Positions 1-16,003 of a DNA stretch of 64,000 bases are shown here, in pieces. Position 1 is the first letter of the stretch; each line of letters starts with the position of its first letter. The translations under genes were made by a program, and so were the position numbers. This stretch comes from an uncultured Chloroflexia bacterium. Its GTDB lineage: Bacteria; Chloroflexota; Limnocylindria; Limnocylindrales; CSP1-4. A model generated the notes under the pieces. The model did no database searches, was not told the origin of the DNA, and saw nothing but the letters and a program-made list of their open reading frames with translations. Where the stretch lies: contig CAWAAF010000004.1 in NCBI GenBank assembly GCA_963779905.1, forward strand, positions 43,473 through 107,472, read 5' to 3'.

Positions 1-484
1 GACAACCAGGAGGCCGCCCAAAAGAAGGGCCGACCGACGGCCGGCGACGGTACCGTCCTCCTTCGGCACGGGCAGCAGGAACATCAGGCCAGCCGACACC
101 AGCGCCGATGGCGGCGATCGCCGATAGGCCGGCGATGAGCTGGTCGGCCGACGGATCCTGGATGGCCGCGAAGAAGGCGACGGCACCGAAGATGCCGAAG
201 CCGGCGAAGGCGATGCGGATGTCGCGTCTGGCCAGCAGCCCCAAAACGGCGCCGATCAGGATGGCGACCGTCGCCGTGGCGACTTCCAGCGCCAGCTTGT
301 CGTTGGTGCCGAAGATCGAGACGATGAAGTCCTTGGCGCCCGGCGGCTGAAGGTCGATCACAATCGTCGCCATAGCGGCGATCAGCGACGGCCCGCCGAG
401 GACGCCCGCGACCAACTCGCCGGCCGCGAGCGCCAGTGCCGCGGCTGCGGCACCGCCCAGAGCCCACCGCCAGCGCTCGTTCAC
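1..484 (-). pseudogene. Molybdopterin-dependent (sulfite-oxidase-type) oxidoreductase, N-terminal membrane module only; runs off the left edge; one frame slip as assembled
   Basis: My own minus-strand translation from GTG 484 reads NERWRWALGGAAAAALALAAGELVAGVLGGPSLIAAMATIVIDLQPPGAKDFIVSIFGTNDKLALEVATATVAILIGAVLGLLA... A TM helix followed by the VID..P...KDF....FGTNDK block matches the N-terminus I associate with actinobacterial molybdopterin oxidoreductases. The frame slips near 88 (...IGAGVGW then LMFLLPVPKEDG). Confidence 0.45.
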
Positions 485-545
485 CGGCGTAGCGTAGCCA
501 TACGCGCGTGACGGCTTCGTGTCAGCGGTCTTGAGAATTGGACTA

Positions 546-1002
546 CTAGCCTTCGGCGCACTCCCGGCACCGGCCAACGATGGTCAGGTGTGACAGGTCT
601 ACCTCGAAGCCCTGCTGGTCGCGCATCGCGCGCGTAAGTTCGGCGGCCTCCTTGGCATCGATCTCCCACGAGCGCCCACAGCTCGTGCAGTAACGGTGGC
701 CGTGCTCTGATTGCGGCAGGACGTGGTATTCCTCGCGCCCGTCGGCGGCGTGGCCGTGCTGGATGAGGCCAAGGGTTTCGAGCGCATCCAGCGTCCGGTA
801 GACGGTTGACGGCGTAGTCAGCGGATCGGCGCGTCGGCACTGCTCGATCACTTCGGAGGCTGCGACGTGGCCACGACGACCGGGCCAGGACGTCGATCAC
901 CAGCCGGCGCTGCGGCGTCGAGCGCATGCCGCGGGCGCGCATCTGCTCGGCGGCGGTTAGCCATGGATCTCGCGTGGCGACCACGTGCTTAGGGTAGCCC
1001 AT
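546..1002 (-). pseudogene. Fur-family metalloregulator (Nur/Zur-like), one frameshift as assembled
   Basis: The N-terminal winged-helix piece AAEQMRARGMRSTPQRRLVIDVLA lies in ORF 481..1002. The rest, VIEQCRRADPLTTPSTVYRTLDALETLGLIQHGH...EHGHRYCTSCGRSWEID...GRCRECAEG, lies in ORF 546..851 and carries HxH and CxxC...CxxC metal sites. The slip is near 865-880. The start could instead be the Met at 942. Confidence 0.8.
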
Positions 1003-1035
1003 TGCAACAGGCCGCTATTGCAATGCGATGCAATA
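1002..1035. promoter_or_regulatory. Candidate Fur/Nur-type operator: TTGCAA hexamers and a perfect 7-bp inverted repeat in the fur-transporter divergent region
   Basis: TTGCAA occurs at 1002-1007 and 1018-1023, and ATGCAA at 1028-1033. TATTGCA (1016-1022) and TGCAATA (1029-1035) form a perfect inverted repeat with a 6-nt spacer. This is the only AT-rich patch between the Fur gene and the transporter start. Confidence 0.45.
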
Positions 1036-1044
1036 ATCCGCGCC

Positions 1045-1955
1045 GTGGCCGCTGAGACCGATGCCGTCGCTCTGCTCGTGACCGCCCTCGTGCTCGGCCT
1101 GCGCCATGGCATCGACTGGGACCACATCGCGGCGATCACGGACATCACGTCGTCGACCGACGTCGCCGAGCACGCCGAGGAACATCACGAGCTGGAGCAC
1201 CAGTCGCCGGTTGCCCACGCTCACAGCCACGGCGGAGCCGACGAAGTCGCAGTCCACGGCCGCTCGACCGAACCGGCCGCCGTTCAGCCCGGCCGATCCA
1301 CCGTCGCAGAAATTCGGCGCCGCGCAGCGCCGGCCAATCTTGCTGGGCACGCTTTATGCCTTCGGCCACGGCGCGGTCGTCATTGCCCTCGGCTCGATTG
1401 CCCTGATCTTTGGCGCGAAGCTGCCGGACTGGGTCGACCCGATCATGAGCCGCGTTGTCGGCCTGACGCTGGTCATCCTGGGCGTCTGGGTTTTCGTGTC
1501 GCTCTACAACTACGTCCGCCACGGCGGCGAGTTCAGGCTGCGCAGCCGGTGGATGCTCGTCTTCGACGGCGTCCGCCACGCGCTGGCGCCGCTTCCAGGC
1601 CTCGCTCCACGGGCACGAGCACGTCGAGCCGATGGAGATGAGCTCGTACGGGCCGCGGACGGCGTTCACCGTCGGTGCGATCCACGGCATCGGCGCCGAG
1701 ACAGCGACGCAGGTGCTGCTGATCGCGGCCATCGGCGGGGCGGCCACCGTTGGCCTTGGCGTGCCGATGATGCTGGCCTTCGTGTTCGGGCTCATCGTCT
1801 CGAACACGATCATCGTGGTCATCTCGGCGTCGGGTTTCCTGGCCACCCGCTCGCGGTCGGCGATCTACATCGCGATCGGCATCGTCGCCGGCTTCTTCAG
1901 CCTGTTTGTCGGGATCGCGTTCTTGTTCGGGCTCGAGTTGCCAGCGCTCGGTTGA
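1045..1955 (+). pseudogene. NiCoT/NicO-family nickel/cobalt transporter with His-rich loop, two frameshifts as assembled
   Basis: LVLGLRHGIDWDHIAAITDITS carries the HX4DH signature of NiCoT TM2. A His-rich loop follows (HAEEHHELEHQSPVAHAHSHGG). Then LLGTLYAFGHGAVVIALG... and GAIHGIGAETATQVLLIAAIGG... continue in two other frames (ORFs 985, 1106, 1632). GTG at 1045 is my chosen start. Confidence 0.8.
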
Positions 1956-1971
1956 GGGCAGGCCTCCAGCA

Positions 1972-3189
1972 CTAGCTGTTGGTCACGCTGTAGACGGCGC
2001 CGTTGCTGTAGTCGCAGACGTAGATCTTGCCGTCCGACCCTTCGCCGAAGCAGCTGATGCCGAAGCCTGAGTTAGCCACCGGTGATGGCAACGTTCCGCC
2101 CGCGGCTGAAGTTGGCCGGGATCGTCCAGATGTTGCCCGAGCAGTAGTCGCCAAACAGGTAGTTGCCTGCCAGAGGTGCGCCCGCTCTGCGCGACACGTA
2201 GCCGCCGAGGATGGCGCAGTTACCGCCGCCGAAGGCCGAGTGCGCGTACTCGGCCAGTGGCAGCGTGCGGCAATTGGATGTGCACACGTCGCCAGACGTG
2301 TTGCCCGGCCAGTTGTAGTAGTGGAAGCCCTCGAGCAGGCGCCAACCGAAGTTCTTGCCCTTGCTGCTGGCATCGGTCATGTGATCGATTTCTTCGTACT
2401 TGGCCTGACCCACGTCACCGCACCACAGGTCGCCGGTGCCGCGATCGAAGCCGCAGCGCCACGGGTTGCGGAAGCCAAACGCCCAGATCTCGTCCAGGCC
2501 GCGCTTGCCGACGAACGGATTCGTGGACGGGACGGAGTACGGCTGCGTGCCGCTCTTCAGCGGGTTGATGCGCAGCAGCTTGCCCAACAGGACGTTCTTG
2601 TTCTGGGCGTTGTTGGGCTGGTCGCCGGTGCCGCCGCCGTCGCCGGTCGACATGTACAGCAGGTTCGTGCCCGGCTTGAATCCGATCCAGCCGCCGTTGT
2701 GGTTCTGCTGGCCGGGATGTGGGATGACCAGCAGCCGGCGGTAGCTGTTCGGGTCGGCCGTGTTGACGTTGCCCATCGACCGCTTGAACTCGGCCAGGAC
2801 AATCGCGCCGTCGCCCGACCGCGTGAACGTGACGTAGAAGCGCTTGTAGCCGGGCGTGCCGGAGTTGTTGTAGTCCGGGTGGAAGGCCAGGCCCAGCAGC
2901 CCCTGCTCACCGCAGCAGGCGACGCGGGTGTGCATGTCGAGGAACGTGCCGCCGCCAACGATCTTGAGTAGCCGTTCTGCTGGACGACGAAGAGGCGCGA
3001 GTCGCCGGCGTTGGTGATGGCGATGGGATCTGAGTAGCCGCCACTGACCAGGCTCAGGAAGGTTGGCACCGTCGATGGCGCCGCCTGAACGCCGGCCACA
3101 ACCGACATGACGAGGGCAAGCGCTGCGCCAATGGCGGCGGCTGCCCCGCGCGATTTCCCCACAACCCGACGATAGCGCACAGCATCCAT
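1972..3189 (-). pseudogene. Secreted PQQ-dependent sugar (glucose/sorbosone) dehydrogenase, two frameshifts as assembled
   Basis: ORF 2072..2935 reads GEQGLLGLAFHPDY...HNGGWIGFKPG...LLGKLLRINP...IWAFGFRNPWRCGFDR..., typical of the GSDH beta-propeller family. The signal peptide and N-terminus (AAAIGAALALVMSVVAGVQA...DPIAITNAGDSRLFVVQQNG) are in ORF 2557..3240. The C-terminal end (...GKIYVCDYSNGAVYSVTNS*) is in ORF 1972..2373. Confidence 0.8.
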
Positions 3190-3254
3190 GCCGAAGTGTC
3201 GTTGCGCATATGGCTGGCGCATATGCGCCGTTTGGGCCACGCTTACGCGGACTG

Positions 3255-6200
3255 ATGGAGTTCCACGTAGCCCGCGCGGCCCGGCAACGCTACGACTTCG
3301 ACGAAGGCCTGTTCAGCCTGAACGGCAACGTCGTTTTTCCGAACTTCGCCGCGTCTCGTCGTTTTGCCCAAAAGATGAACGAGCAGCGCGCTGCGGAGAT
3401 CGCGGTCGACCCGGCACGATCTGCCCGACCGGGTGACCTCAACGCGATGGGCCTCATCGACGAGGTCCTGCATCGCGTCATCGAGCTGTACCGCCAGCAG
3501 CGCAATCCGCAACTGCTGACCGCGACCCTCGACGGGCTATCGGCCGAACTGGGACCGGACGCCGTCGAAGCCACGCTGGAAGCATTCGCCGACCGCTTTC
3601 CAACGGTGGCCGCCTACCGCGGCGAGCATGTCGGCGGCCGACTACCTGGCCGGTGCGACCGACGGCCGATCCAACCGCGAGATCGCGCTGGAGGAGCTGC
3701 TGCTCAACTGGCTGGCCAACGAAAACCCGGCCTACGAGCGCTACGACGAACTGTTCGACGACGCGCCGATCGCCCAGCGCACGGCCTATCGGCAGCTGAT
3801 CGACGGTCTTCGTCAGCGGCTCGCCGGCGAGCCCGGCTTTGGCCCCGACAACGACGATCTGGTCAGCCTGCTGCGCAAGCCGGCGCTCGAGGCGCCCGAG
3901 TCGCTGGCCGAACAGATCCAGTGGCTGCGTCAGCGCTGGGGCTTCGCGCTGGGCAACCTGGGCGATCGGCTGGCCATCGGGCTCGACGTCATCCACGAAG
4001 ACGATCGCGCGGAGTGGCTGCGCTTCAACCCGGCCCGGGCCGGACGACGTACATCCGATCGATGCGGCGGCTCTGCATGCCTTCGACGATCTTGGGCCGG
4101 AGGAGGAGCGCTTCAGCTCCGATCTCGACTGGATGCCCCGCCTCGTGCTGCTGGCCAAGAGCACCTACGTCTGGCTCGACCAGCTGTCGACGCCAGTACG
4201 GGCGCGAAGTCAGCCGCCTCGACCAGATCCCGGACGAGGAGCTCGACCGGATCGCCAGCCGCGGCTTCAGCGGCCTGTGGCTGATTGGGCTGTGGGAGCG
4301 GAGTCGGGCGTCCCAGCGCATCAAGCAGCTGCGCGGGCAGGCCGATGCCGTCGCGTCGGCTTACTCGCTGTACGACTACCAGATCGCCTGGCGACCTGGG
4401 CGGCGAGGACGGCTACGCCAATCTGCGCGAGCGAGCGTGGCAACGCGGCATCCGGCTGGCGTCGGACATGGTGCCCAACCACATGGGCATCGACTCGCGC
4501 TGGGTCGTCGAGCATCCCGACTGGTTCATCTCGCGGCCGGACGCGCCCTACCCGGTCTATTCCTTCAACGGGCCCGACCTATCCGGCGACGAGCGCGTGG
4601 GCATCTTCCTCGAGGACCACTACTACGACAACTCGGACGCGGCGGTCGTGTTCAAGCGCGTCGATCGCTGGACCGGCGACGAGCGCTACGTCTACCACGG
4701 CAACGACGGCACCTCTTTCGCGTGGAACGACACGGCCCAGCTCGACTTCCTGAGCGCGGAGGTCCGCGAGGCGGTCATCCAGACCATCCTCGCCGTCGCC
4801 CACCGTTTCCCGGTCATCCGCTTCGATGCGGCGATGGTGCTGGCCAAGCGCCACATCGAGCGCCTCTGGTATCCGGAACCGGGGGAGGGCGGTGCCATCC
4901 CGTCGCGCGCCGAATACGCGATGTCCAAGGCCGAATTCAACAGCCGGATGCCTGAGGAGTTCTGGCGCGAGGTGGTTGACCGGGTGGCCGCGGAGGCACC
5001 CGACACGCTGCTGCTGGCCGAGGCGTTCTGGCTGATGGAGGGCTACTTCGTCCGGACGCTGGGCATGCACCGCGTCTACAACAGCGCGTTCATGAACATG
5101 ATGCGCGACGAGCAGAACGCCGAGTACCGCCTCGTGATCAAGAACACGCTCGAGTTCGACCCGCAGATCCTCAAGCGCTACGTCAACTTCATGAACAATC
5201 CCGACGAGAAGACGGCGGTCGAACAGTTCGGCGTGGACGACAAGTACTTCGGCGTGGCGACGGTGATGGCAACCATGCCCGGGCTGCCGATGTTCGGCCA
5301 CGGCCAGGTCGAGGGCTTCACCGAGAAGTACGGCATGGAGTACCGGCGGGCGAAGTACGACGAGTTCGTCAACGACGGGCTGGTCCGCCGGCACGACGAG
5401 CAGATCTTTCCGCTGCTGCACCGACGCCAGCTGTTCGCCGAGGTCGACGGCTTCGCGCTGTACGACTTCGAGCAGGACGGCGGCGGGGTCAACGAGGACG
5501 TCTTCGCCTACTCGAACCGCGGGCCGCGCGGCGAGCGGACGCTGGTCGTCTACCACAACAAGTTCGGATCGACGAGCCGGCTGGATCCGGCGGGCAGCCG
5601 TTACCGGCCGTTCGTTGGGGGAGGGGCTGGGCGTCGGCGACGACGAGATCGCGCTTCCTCGTGCTGCGCGATTGGCGCGGCGGGCTGGAATACCTGAGGT
5701 CGGCTTCGTCGGTGGCGCGGGAAGGGCTGTACCTGCAGCTCGACGCCTACAAGACGTTCGTCTTTGCCGAGATCAAGCGACCTGGTCGACCACGCGGACG
5801 GGCGCTGGCGGCGGCTGGCCGATTGGCTGGGCGGTCGTGGCGTGCCGTCGCTCGAAGTGGCGATGCGCGAGATGGAACTCGCGCCCTTCCACGCGGCGCT
5901 GCGCACGGACGATGCCGATGCCGCCGTCCGCGAGGCGGCCGCGTTGCTCGGCGTACCGGTGGCGAAGGCCGCACCAAAGCTGGGCGCCGTGGAGGCCGTG
6001 GATCGGTTCCTGGCCGGTGTTCGCCCGCGGCTCGCCGGCGGCAAATGGATCGATGAGTGGCTCGCTGATCGCGCCCTGCCCAACGCCGATCTTGACGCCG
6101 TGCGGCTGCGCATGGCCGCCGCCCGCGACGGGCTGTCGCCGGAGCTGCTGCACGACGAGCACTTCCGCCGGCTGATCGGCGCGAACGACGCACGAAGGCG

Positions 6201-6408
6201 TGGAGTACTTCAGCAAGGAGGGCTTCGAATCGACGCTCAAGGCACTCGATCTGCCCGGCGGCGCGCCGACGCGAGCTGGTGGCCGCAGCGGCGAAGTCCG
6301 GCTACCGCGTCGATCGCCTGGCCGCCGAGCTGGCAGCCGGCAGCCAAGCCGCGCACCCCGGCCGCCAAGCCTGCGAAGCGTCGCCCAAGCTCGAAGCCGC
6401 CGCAGTGA
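3255..6408 (+). pseudogene. Large (about 1000 aa) GH13 alpha-amylase-family protein, first gene of the GlgE-pathway operon; about seven frameshifts as assembled
   Basis: GH13 blocks are present: IRLASDMVPNHMGIDS, FPVIRFDAAMVLAKRHI, LLLAEAFWLMEGYF and YVNFMNNPDEKT (ORF 4285..5697). N-terminal pieces start at MEFHVARAARQRYDFDEG (3255) and run through ORFs 3628, 3839 and 3210. C-terminal pieces are in ORFs 5661, 5764 and 6200. The stop at 6406-6408 overlaps the GTG of glgE (GTGA). Confidence 0.75.
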
Positions 6409-8303
6409 CGCCTAAAGGTCGCGTCGTCATCGAGAACGTCACGCCACGCGTCGATGACGGGCACTTCCCGGTCAAGCGCGTCGTAGGCGACACGCTGGTC
6501 GTGGAAGCAGACGTCTTCGCCGACGGCCACGACGAACTGCGCGCCGTCTTGCGCACTTGCGCACCCGGCGCCAAGGACTGGCAAGAGACGGAGATGGAGC
6601 CGCTCGGCAATGACCGCTGGCGCGCTGCGGTGACGCTGACCGACATCGGTCGATGGCAATACGACGTCGCCGGCTGGGTCGATCCCTTCCGCACGTGGCA
6701 GCACGACTTCAAGAAGCGGGTGGACGCGAAGCAGGAGGTAACAGTCGATCTGCAGATCGGGGTCGCGACTGATCAAGGCTGCCGCCAAGCGCGCCGGCAG
6801 GGCCGACAGCATCGCCCTGACCGAACGGGCACAGCGGTTGACGGTCAAGGACGCCCTGAGCGCGAAGCTGGCCTCAACGGTTGATCGCTATCCCGACCGC
6901 TCGGTCGAGACCACCCTCGAGCGCCCGCTGGAGGTCGTTGTCGACCCCGTTCGGGCGCGCTTCTCAGCCTGGTACGAGATGTTCCCGCGCTCGGCGTCGC
7001 CCGAACGCTGGCGTCACGGCACGTTGCGCGATGTCATCGACCGCCTGCCGTACGTGAAGCGGCTGGGTTTTGACGTCCTGTACCTGCCGCCCATCCACCC
7101 CATCGGGCGCCAGTTCCGGAAGGGCGCCAACAACACGACCGAGGCGACGCGCCTCCGACCCAGGCGTCCCGTGGGCAATCGGTGGTCCCGGAAGGCGGCC
7201 ACACCGCCATCCACCCCGAGCCTCGGCGGCCTGGCCGACTTCGGCGCCCTCGTGAAGGCGGCCCGGGCTGTCGACATCGAGATCGCCCTCGACATCGCCT
7301 TCCAGGCTTCGCCCGACCACCCGTGGGTCACCGAACACCCGGAGTGGTTCCGCGCGCGCCCCGACGGCACGATCCAGTACGCCGAAAACCCGCCCAAGAA
7401 ATACCAGGACATCTACCCGTTCGACTTCGACAGCCAGGACTGGCGCGGACTGTGGCGGGCGCTGCACGACGTGTTCGAGTTCTGGATCGGCCAGGGCGTC
7501 ACGATCTTCCGCGTCGACAACCCGCACACCAAGGCGTTTGCCTTCTGGGAGTGGTGCATCGGCTCGATCAAGAAGGATCACCCGCAGGTGCTCTTCCTGG
7601 CCGAGGCGTTCACCCGGCCCAAGGTGATGTACCGGCTGGCCAAGCTCGGCTTCTCGTGGAGCTACACCTATTTCACGTGGCGCAACGAGAAACAGGAGCT
7701 GACCGACTACCTGACCGAGATCACGACGCCGCCGGTGTCCGACTTCTTCCGGCCGAACCTGTGGCCCAACACGCCCGACATCCTGCACGCCTTCCTCCAG
7801 CGCGGCGGCCGGCCGGCGTTCATTGCGCGGTTCGTGCTGGCGGCGACGGCGGCTCGTCGTACGGCATCTACGGACCGGCCTTCGAGCTGGGCGAGAACGT
7901 GGCCGCGCGAGCCGAACAGCGAGGAGTACCTCAACTCAGAGAAGTACCAGCAGCGGACGTGGGACCTCGAATGCCAAGACCTCGATCGCGCCGATCATTG
8001 CCGCTCGTCAACCGGGCGCGGCGCGAGCACCCGGCGCTGCAGTCGAACGAGCGGCTCGCGTTTCATGAGATCGACAACCCGTTCCTGCTCGCCTACTCGA
8101 AGCAGACCGCCGACGGGTCGGACATCATCCTGACCGTGGTCAACCTCGATCCAATCGCGGCGCAGGCGGGCACTGCTGAGCTGCCGTGGGATGTGCTGGA
8201 CGGTGCCACGCGAGTGGACGGGCGGTCACGCTCATCCGCCGATCCGGCAGTGCTGCGTACGCGGGCGCAGTCCGGTCGACCTGACATGTGCAGTCGAGCC
8301 TAG
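6405..8303 (+). pseudogene. glgE: Alpha-1,4-glucan:maltose-1-phosphate maltosyltransferase GlgE, several frameshifts as assembled
   Basis: The N-terminus reads GRVVIENVTPRVDDGHFPVKRVVGD...GRWQYDVAGWVDPFRTWQHDF. The catalytic core reads FSAWYEMFPRS...FDVLYLPPIHPIG...IFRVDNPHTKAFAFWEW...LFLAEAFTRPKVMYRLAKLGFSWSYTYFTWRN...NLWPNTPDIL. The sequence alternates between ORFs 6279, 6838 and 7182. The 3' end is uncertain by about 20 nt. Confidence 0.85.
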
Positions 8304-8430
8304 CGAGCTGGCCGGTCGAGGCGCGTTCAGTCCATGCTCGACTGCCGGCGCAAGATCGCCGTGCGCAGCGTCCGCTAGCGTCGGTGCCGACATGTCGGCG
8401 GCCGATCGAGCCGGGCCTCGCAGGCGCCCG

Positions 8431-11781
<3,351 letters not shown>

Positions 11782-11791
<10 letters not shown>

Positions 11792-12990
11792 GCGGGCGCT
11801 CGAATGATCAGGGCGTAGCTGCCCAGCGCGACCATCCGCTCGACCGGGATGACGCTGGCCGGGCACGAACAGCTCGGTCACCCGGCCCGTCTTCTCGTCG
11901 TAGGCCAGATCCTCGAGCCTGCCCAGCGCGTCGCCGCTGTCGTCCATCACGAGCTTGCCCGTCGAGGTCGAACTCACCGGCCACGAAAGCCTGCTCGGTC
12001 TCGTCGAGCGGCTCGCGCCGGTCGCTGGCGTTCTCGATCAGCAGCGCGTCGTCGCCGATGGCGACCACGGCCGGCCATTCGACGATCGTGTCGCGGTCGA
12101 ATGTGCCTTCGAGCTCGACGCCCGACGATGCGCGCTGTCTGCGACGTCGAAGTGGATGCGGCGCACGGTGCCGACGACCTGCGCGTTGTCGCGGGCCATG
12201 ACCCGCCGACCCTTGACCTGCGACAGCCGGATCACACCTCTACCTCGACCGGCCCCGTGCACGGGCGAGCACGTCGCGGAAGCCGCCCAGTCCATTGGCC
12301 GCCATAGGGCTCGCTGGCGGCGGGCACGACCAGGGCGTCGCTCGACACCGGTATGCCGGCGGGCAGCGGCAGGATCACCCGGCCGCTCGCCGGCCCGCTC
12401 GACCTCGCAGCCCACGACGATCGCCTCGCCACCGCTCGACCTCGAGCACGACGTCGATCACGCTGCCGAGCGTCGCGCCACCGTGTCGGTGACGACCTCC
12501 TTGCCGAGCACTTCGATCTGGTCGTCGACGGCGACGACATTCCGCTCGCTCGTGGACCGAGCGGCGAGTCGGCCGTGTCGATCATCACCGCGTCGCGGCC
12601 GATCGAGCGCGACCGAGCCGGTGGGCAGCAGCCCAAGCAGCGGCGGCGAGAGAAGGCCACGACCGCGTACGGTGAAAGCGCCACAACTCGCGAACGCTGC
12701 CGGGTCGAAGAGCACGTCGCGCACCTCGCCGACGGCCGCCGCCGTGTCGAGCGTGACCACGGGCAGGCCCATCAGCTCGGTCGCCCGAACGAGGCGGGTC
12801 ATGCGCTGCTCGACGGCCGAGTCGTCGCTCCTCGTGACGCGGCATCAGGACGGCGCGCACCGTGCCCTGCCGGCGTTGGTGCAGCACGAACAAGCACGCC
12901 CACGACGGCCAGCAGCACCAGCGCCACCAGGCCGAGCGAGCACGAGCAATTCGATCACGGCGAAACAGCCCTCGCCATCAGTCGGACGCT
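11782..12990 (-). pseudogene. Membrane-anchored protein with about four PRC-barrel domains, about five frameshifts as assembled
   Basis: Repeated PRC-barrel-like units are visible: ATELMGLPVVTLDTAAAVGEVRDVLFDP..., VAVDDQIEVLGKEVVTDT..., LSQVKGRRVMARDNAQVVGTVRRIHFDV..., GKLVMDDSGDALGRLEDLAYDEKTGRVTELFVP... (ORFs 12458, 12232, 12038, 11808, 11750). There is a hydrophobic N-terminus near 12900-12980. The domain count is by eye. Confidence 0.55.
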
Positions 12991-13800
12991 AGGCCAACGC
13001 GGCGGTAGTCGTCCAGCGTGCCCACCGGCAGCCTGCTGTCAGTTCAATATCAGCGGATCCGTCCGCGTCCACGCCGACGCTCAGTACGGCGGCCACGGGA
13101 TGGCCGGCCGCCGCGGATCGGGCAGCGGAAAGCGGCGCTCGGCCAGCAGGGCATCGGTCCGCCTTCGCGTGGCGTTGACCTCGGCCGCCGTCAGCAGCTT
13201 GCCAAGTTCGACGCCCAGCGCACCGTCCAGTGCGGCGCGCAGCTCCGGCGACTATCGACAGCTCGGCCGGTTCGATGGCCTCGCCGCGCCAGCCCCACAG
13301 CACGGTGCGCATCTTGGGCGCCACGGCGAAGCAGATGCCATGGTCGACGCCCTGGATCAGCCCACCCGGCAGCGCCAACAGGTGGCCCACCTTGCGATCG
13401 GCGTTGTTGGCGATCGGCGTCGAACAGGGCGATCCGCCGCAGCCGCGGGTCGTCGTCGTTGATCAGGTCGACGAGGTCGACTTCGTCATCGACGTCGACC
13501 CACAGCTGGACCATGCCGTCGCCCAGCGGTCCGTTGCGCAGCACCGTCGGTGGCACGATCTGCCAGCCACTGGCGGCTGACAGCAGGTACGCGGCGCGTT
13601 CGCGGGCCGCCAGCGTGCCGTACGGGAAGTCGTCGAGTGGCCGCTCGCCGCGCGTCGGCTTGTAGACGACCCGGATCGATCTCGGCCGCCCCGCAGTCGA
13701 GGTCGGCCACGAACGACGCGTTGGTCGCGTTGATCAGCCGACCGACGACGTGCAGGTCACCTTCGGCCAGCCGGCCGATGACGTCGTCGGTCAGTTGGCG
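12989..13800 (-). pseudogene. SCO1664-family protein (PI3/4-kinase-like fold), about three frameshifts as assembled
   Basis: Pieces read GRLAEGDLHVVGRLINATNASFVA, YKPTRGERPLDDFPYGTLAARERAAYLLS (my translation), IVPPTVLRNGPLGDGMVQLWVD, NNADRKVGHLLALPGGLIQGVDHGICFAV..KMRTVLWGW and ...PLPDPRRPAIPWPPY*. It sits directly downstream of DUF3090, as in the conserved pair. The start is not resolved. Confidence 0.7.
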
Positions 13801-14363
13801 TAGCCGTTGCGCCGCACGCAGAAGTGGCCGCGCGGATCGAGCGGCTCGCCGCAGTTGGGACAGGGCAGCCGTCCGGCGCGGACGACCGCGACGGCGCGCG
13901 TGACGAAGGCCTGGGCATCGGCCGGCTCGCAGGGTGACGCGCACCAGATCGGGCCCGTCGGGTCGTCGGTGACGGTCGCGACTTCTTCTTCGGGGTCGTC
14001 GTCGTCGCTCGTCGAGGTCGGCACTCGGTCATCTCGCGCGCCTCGATCAGCACCTGCTCGCGATCCGTCGTCCCACGACAGCGTCATCGCAGCCGACGCG
14101 GAACTGCTCGAAGACGCGGCTCGACCAGCGGCAGAGCGTCTGGCTCACGGCTCCAATCGACGTCCACACCACGTTCGCTGCAGGCTGAGCAACAATGCAG
14201 CAAGACGCTCGGCCAGCGCCGCCACCTGGACCTTTTCCAGCGCCACCGAAACGACCTGCTGGCCCTTGGACGCCTGCAGGAAAAAGGTCCGCTCTCCCGG
14301 CTGGCCGATCGCGCCGCAGACGAAACGGTCGGGCGGATCGAAGCTGAATACGCGCCGGCTCAT
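13791..14363 (-). pseudogene. DUF3090-family protein, one frameshift as assembled
   Basis: The N-terminal piece is MSRRVFSFDPPDRFVCGAIGQPGERTFFLQASKGQQVVSVALEKVQVAALAERL (ORF 14145..14363). The C-terminal piece carries an acidic stretch and a zinc-ribbon-like end, GRLPCPNCGEPLDPRGHFCVRRNGYAN* (ORF 13791..14087). Confidence 0.75.
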
Positions 14364-14406
14364 CGTTAGCCAGACTCTAATACCCTTCGCGCCCGAGGAG
14401 GATTTC

Positions 14407-15891
<1,485 letters not shown>

Positions 15892-16003
15892 CAGCCCGTG
15901 TTGTTAAAGAAAATGTCACCGCGGCGCCGCCGCGTCCGTAATCGAAAATTCGGCAAAAATGTCAGTTGAAAACGTTGCACCGTGGCAACCACTTGAGGGA
16001 CCA

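Noticed and set aside
1002-1035. TTGCAA hexamers as simple -35 promoter elements rather than an operator.
   Set aside because: Not fully rejected. TTGCAA also appears as a plausible -35 at 34514-34519. However, no -10 element lies at 16-19 nt from either hexamer here, and the perfect 7-bp inverted repeat favours a protein-binding site.
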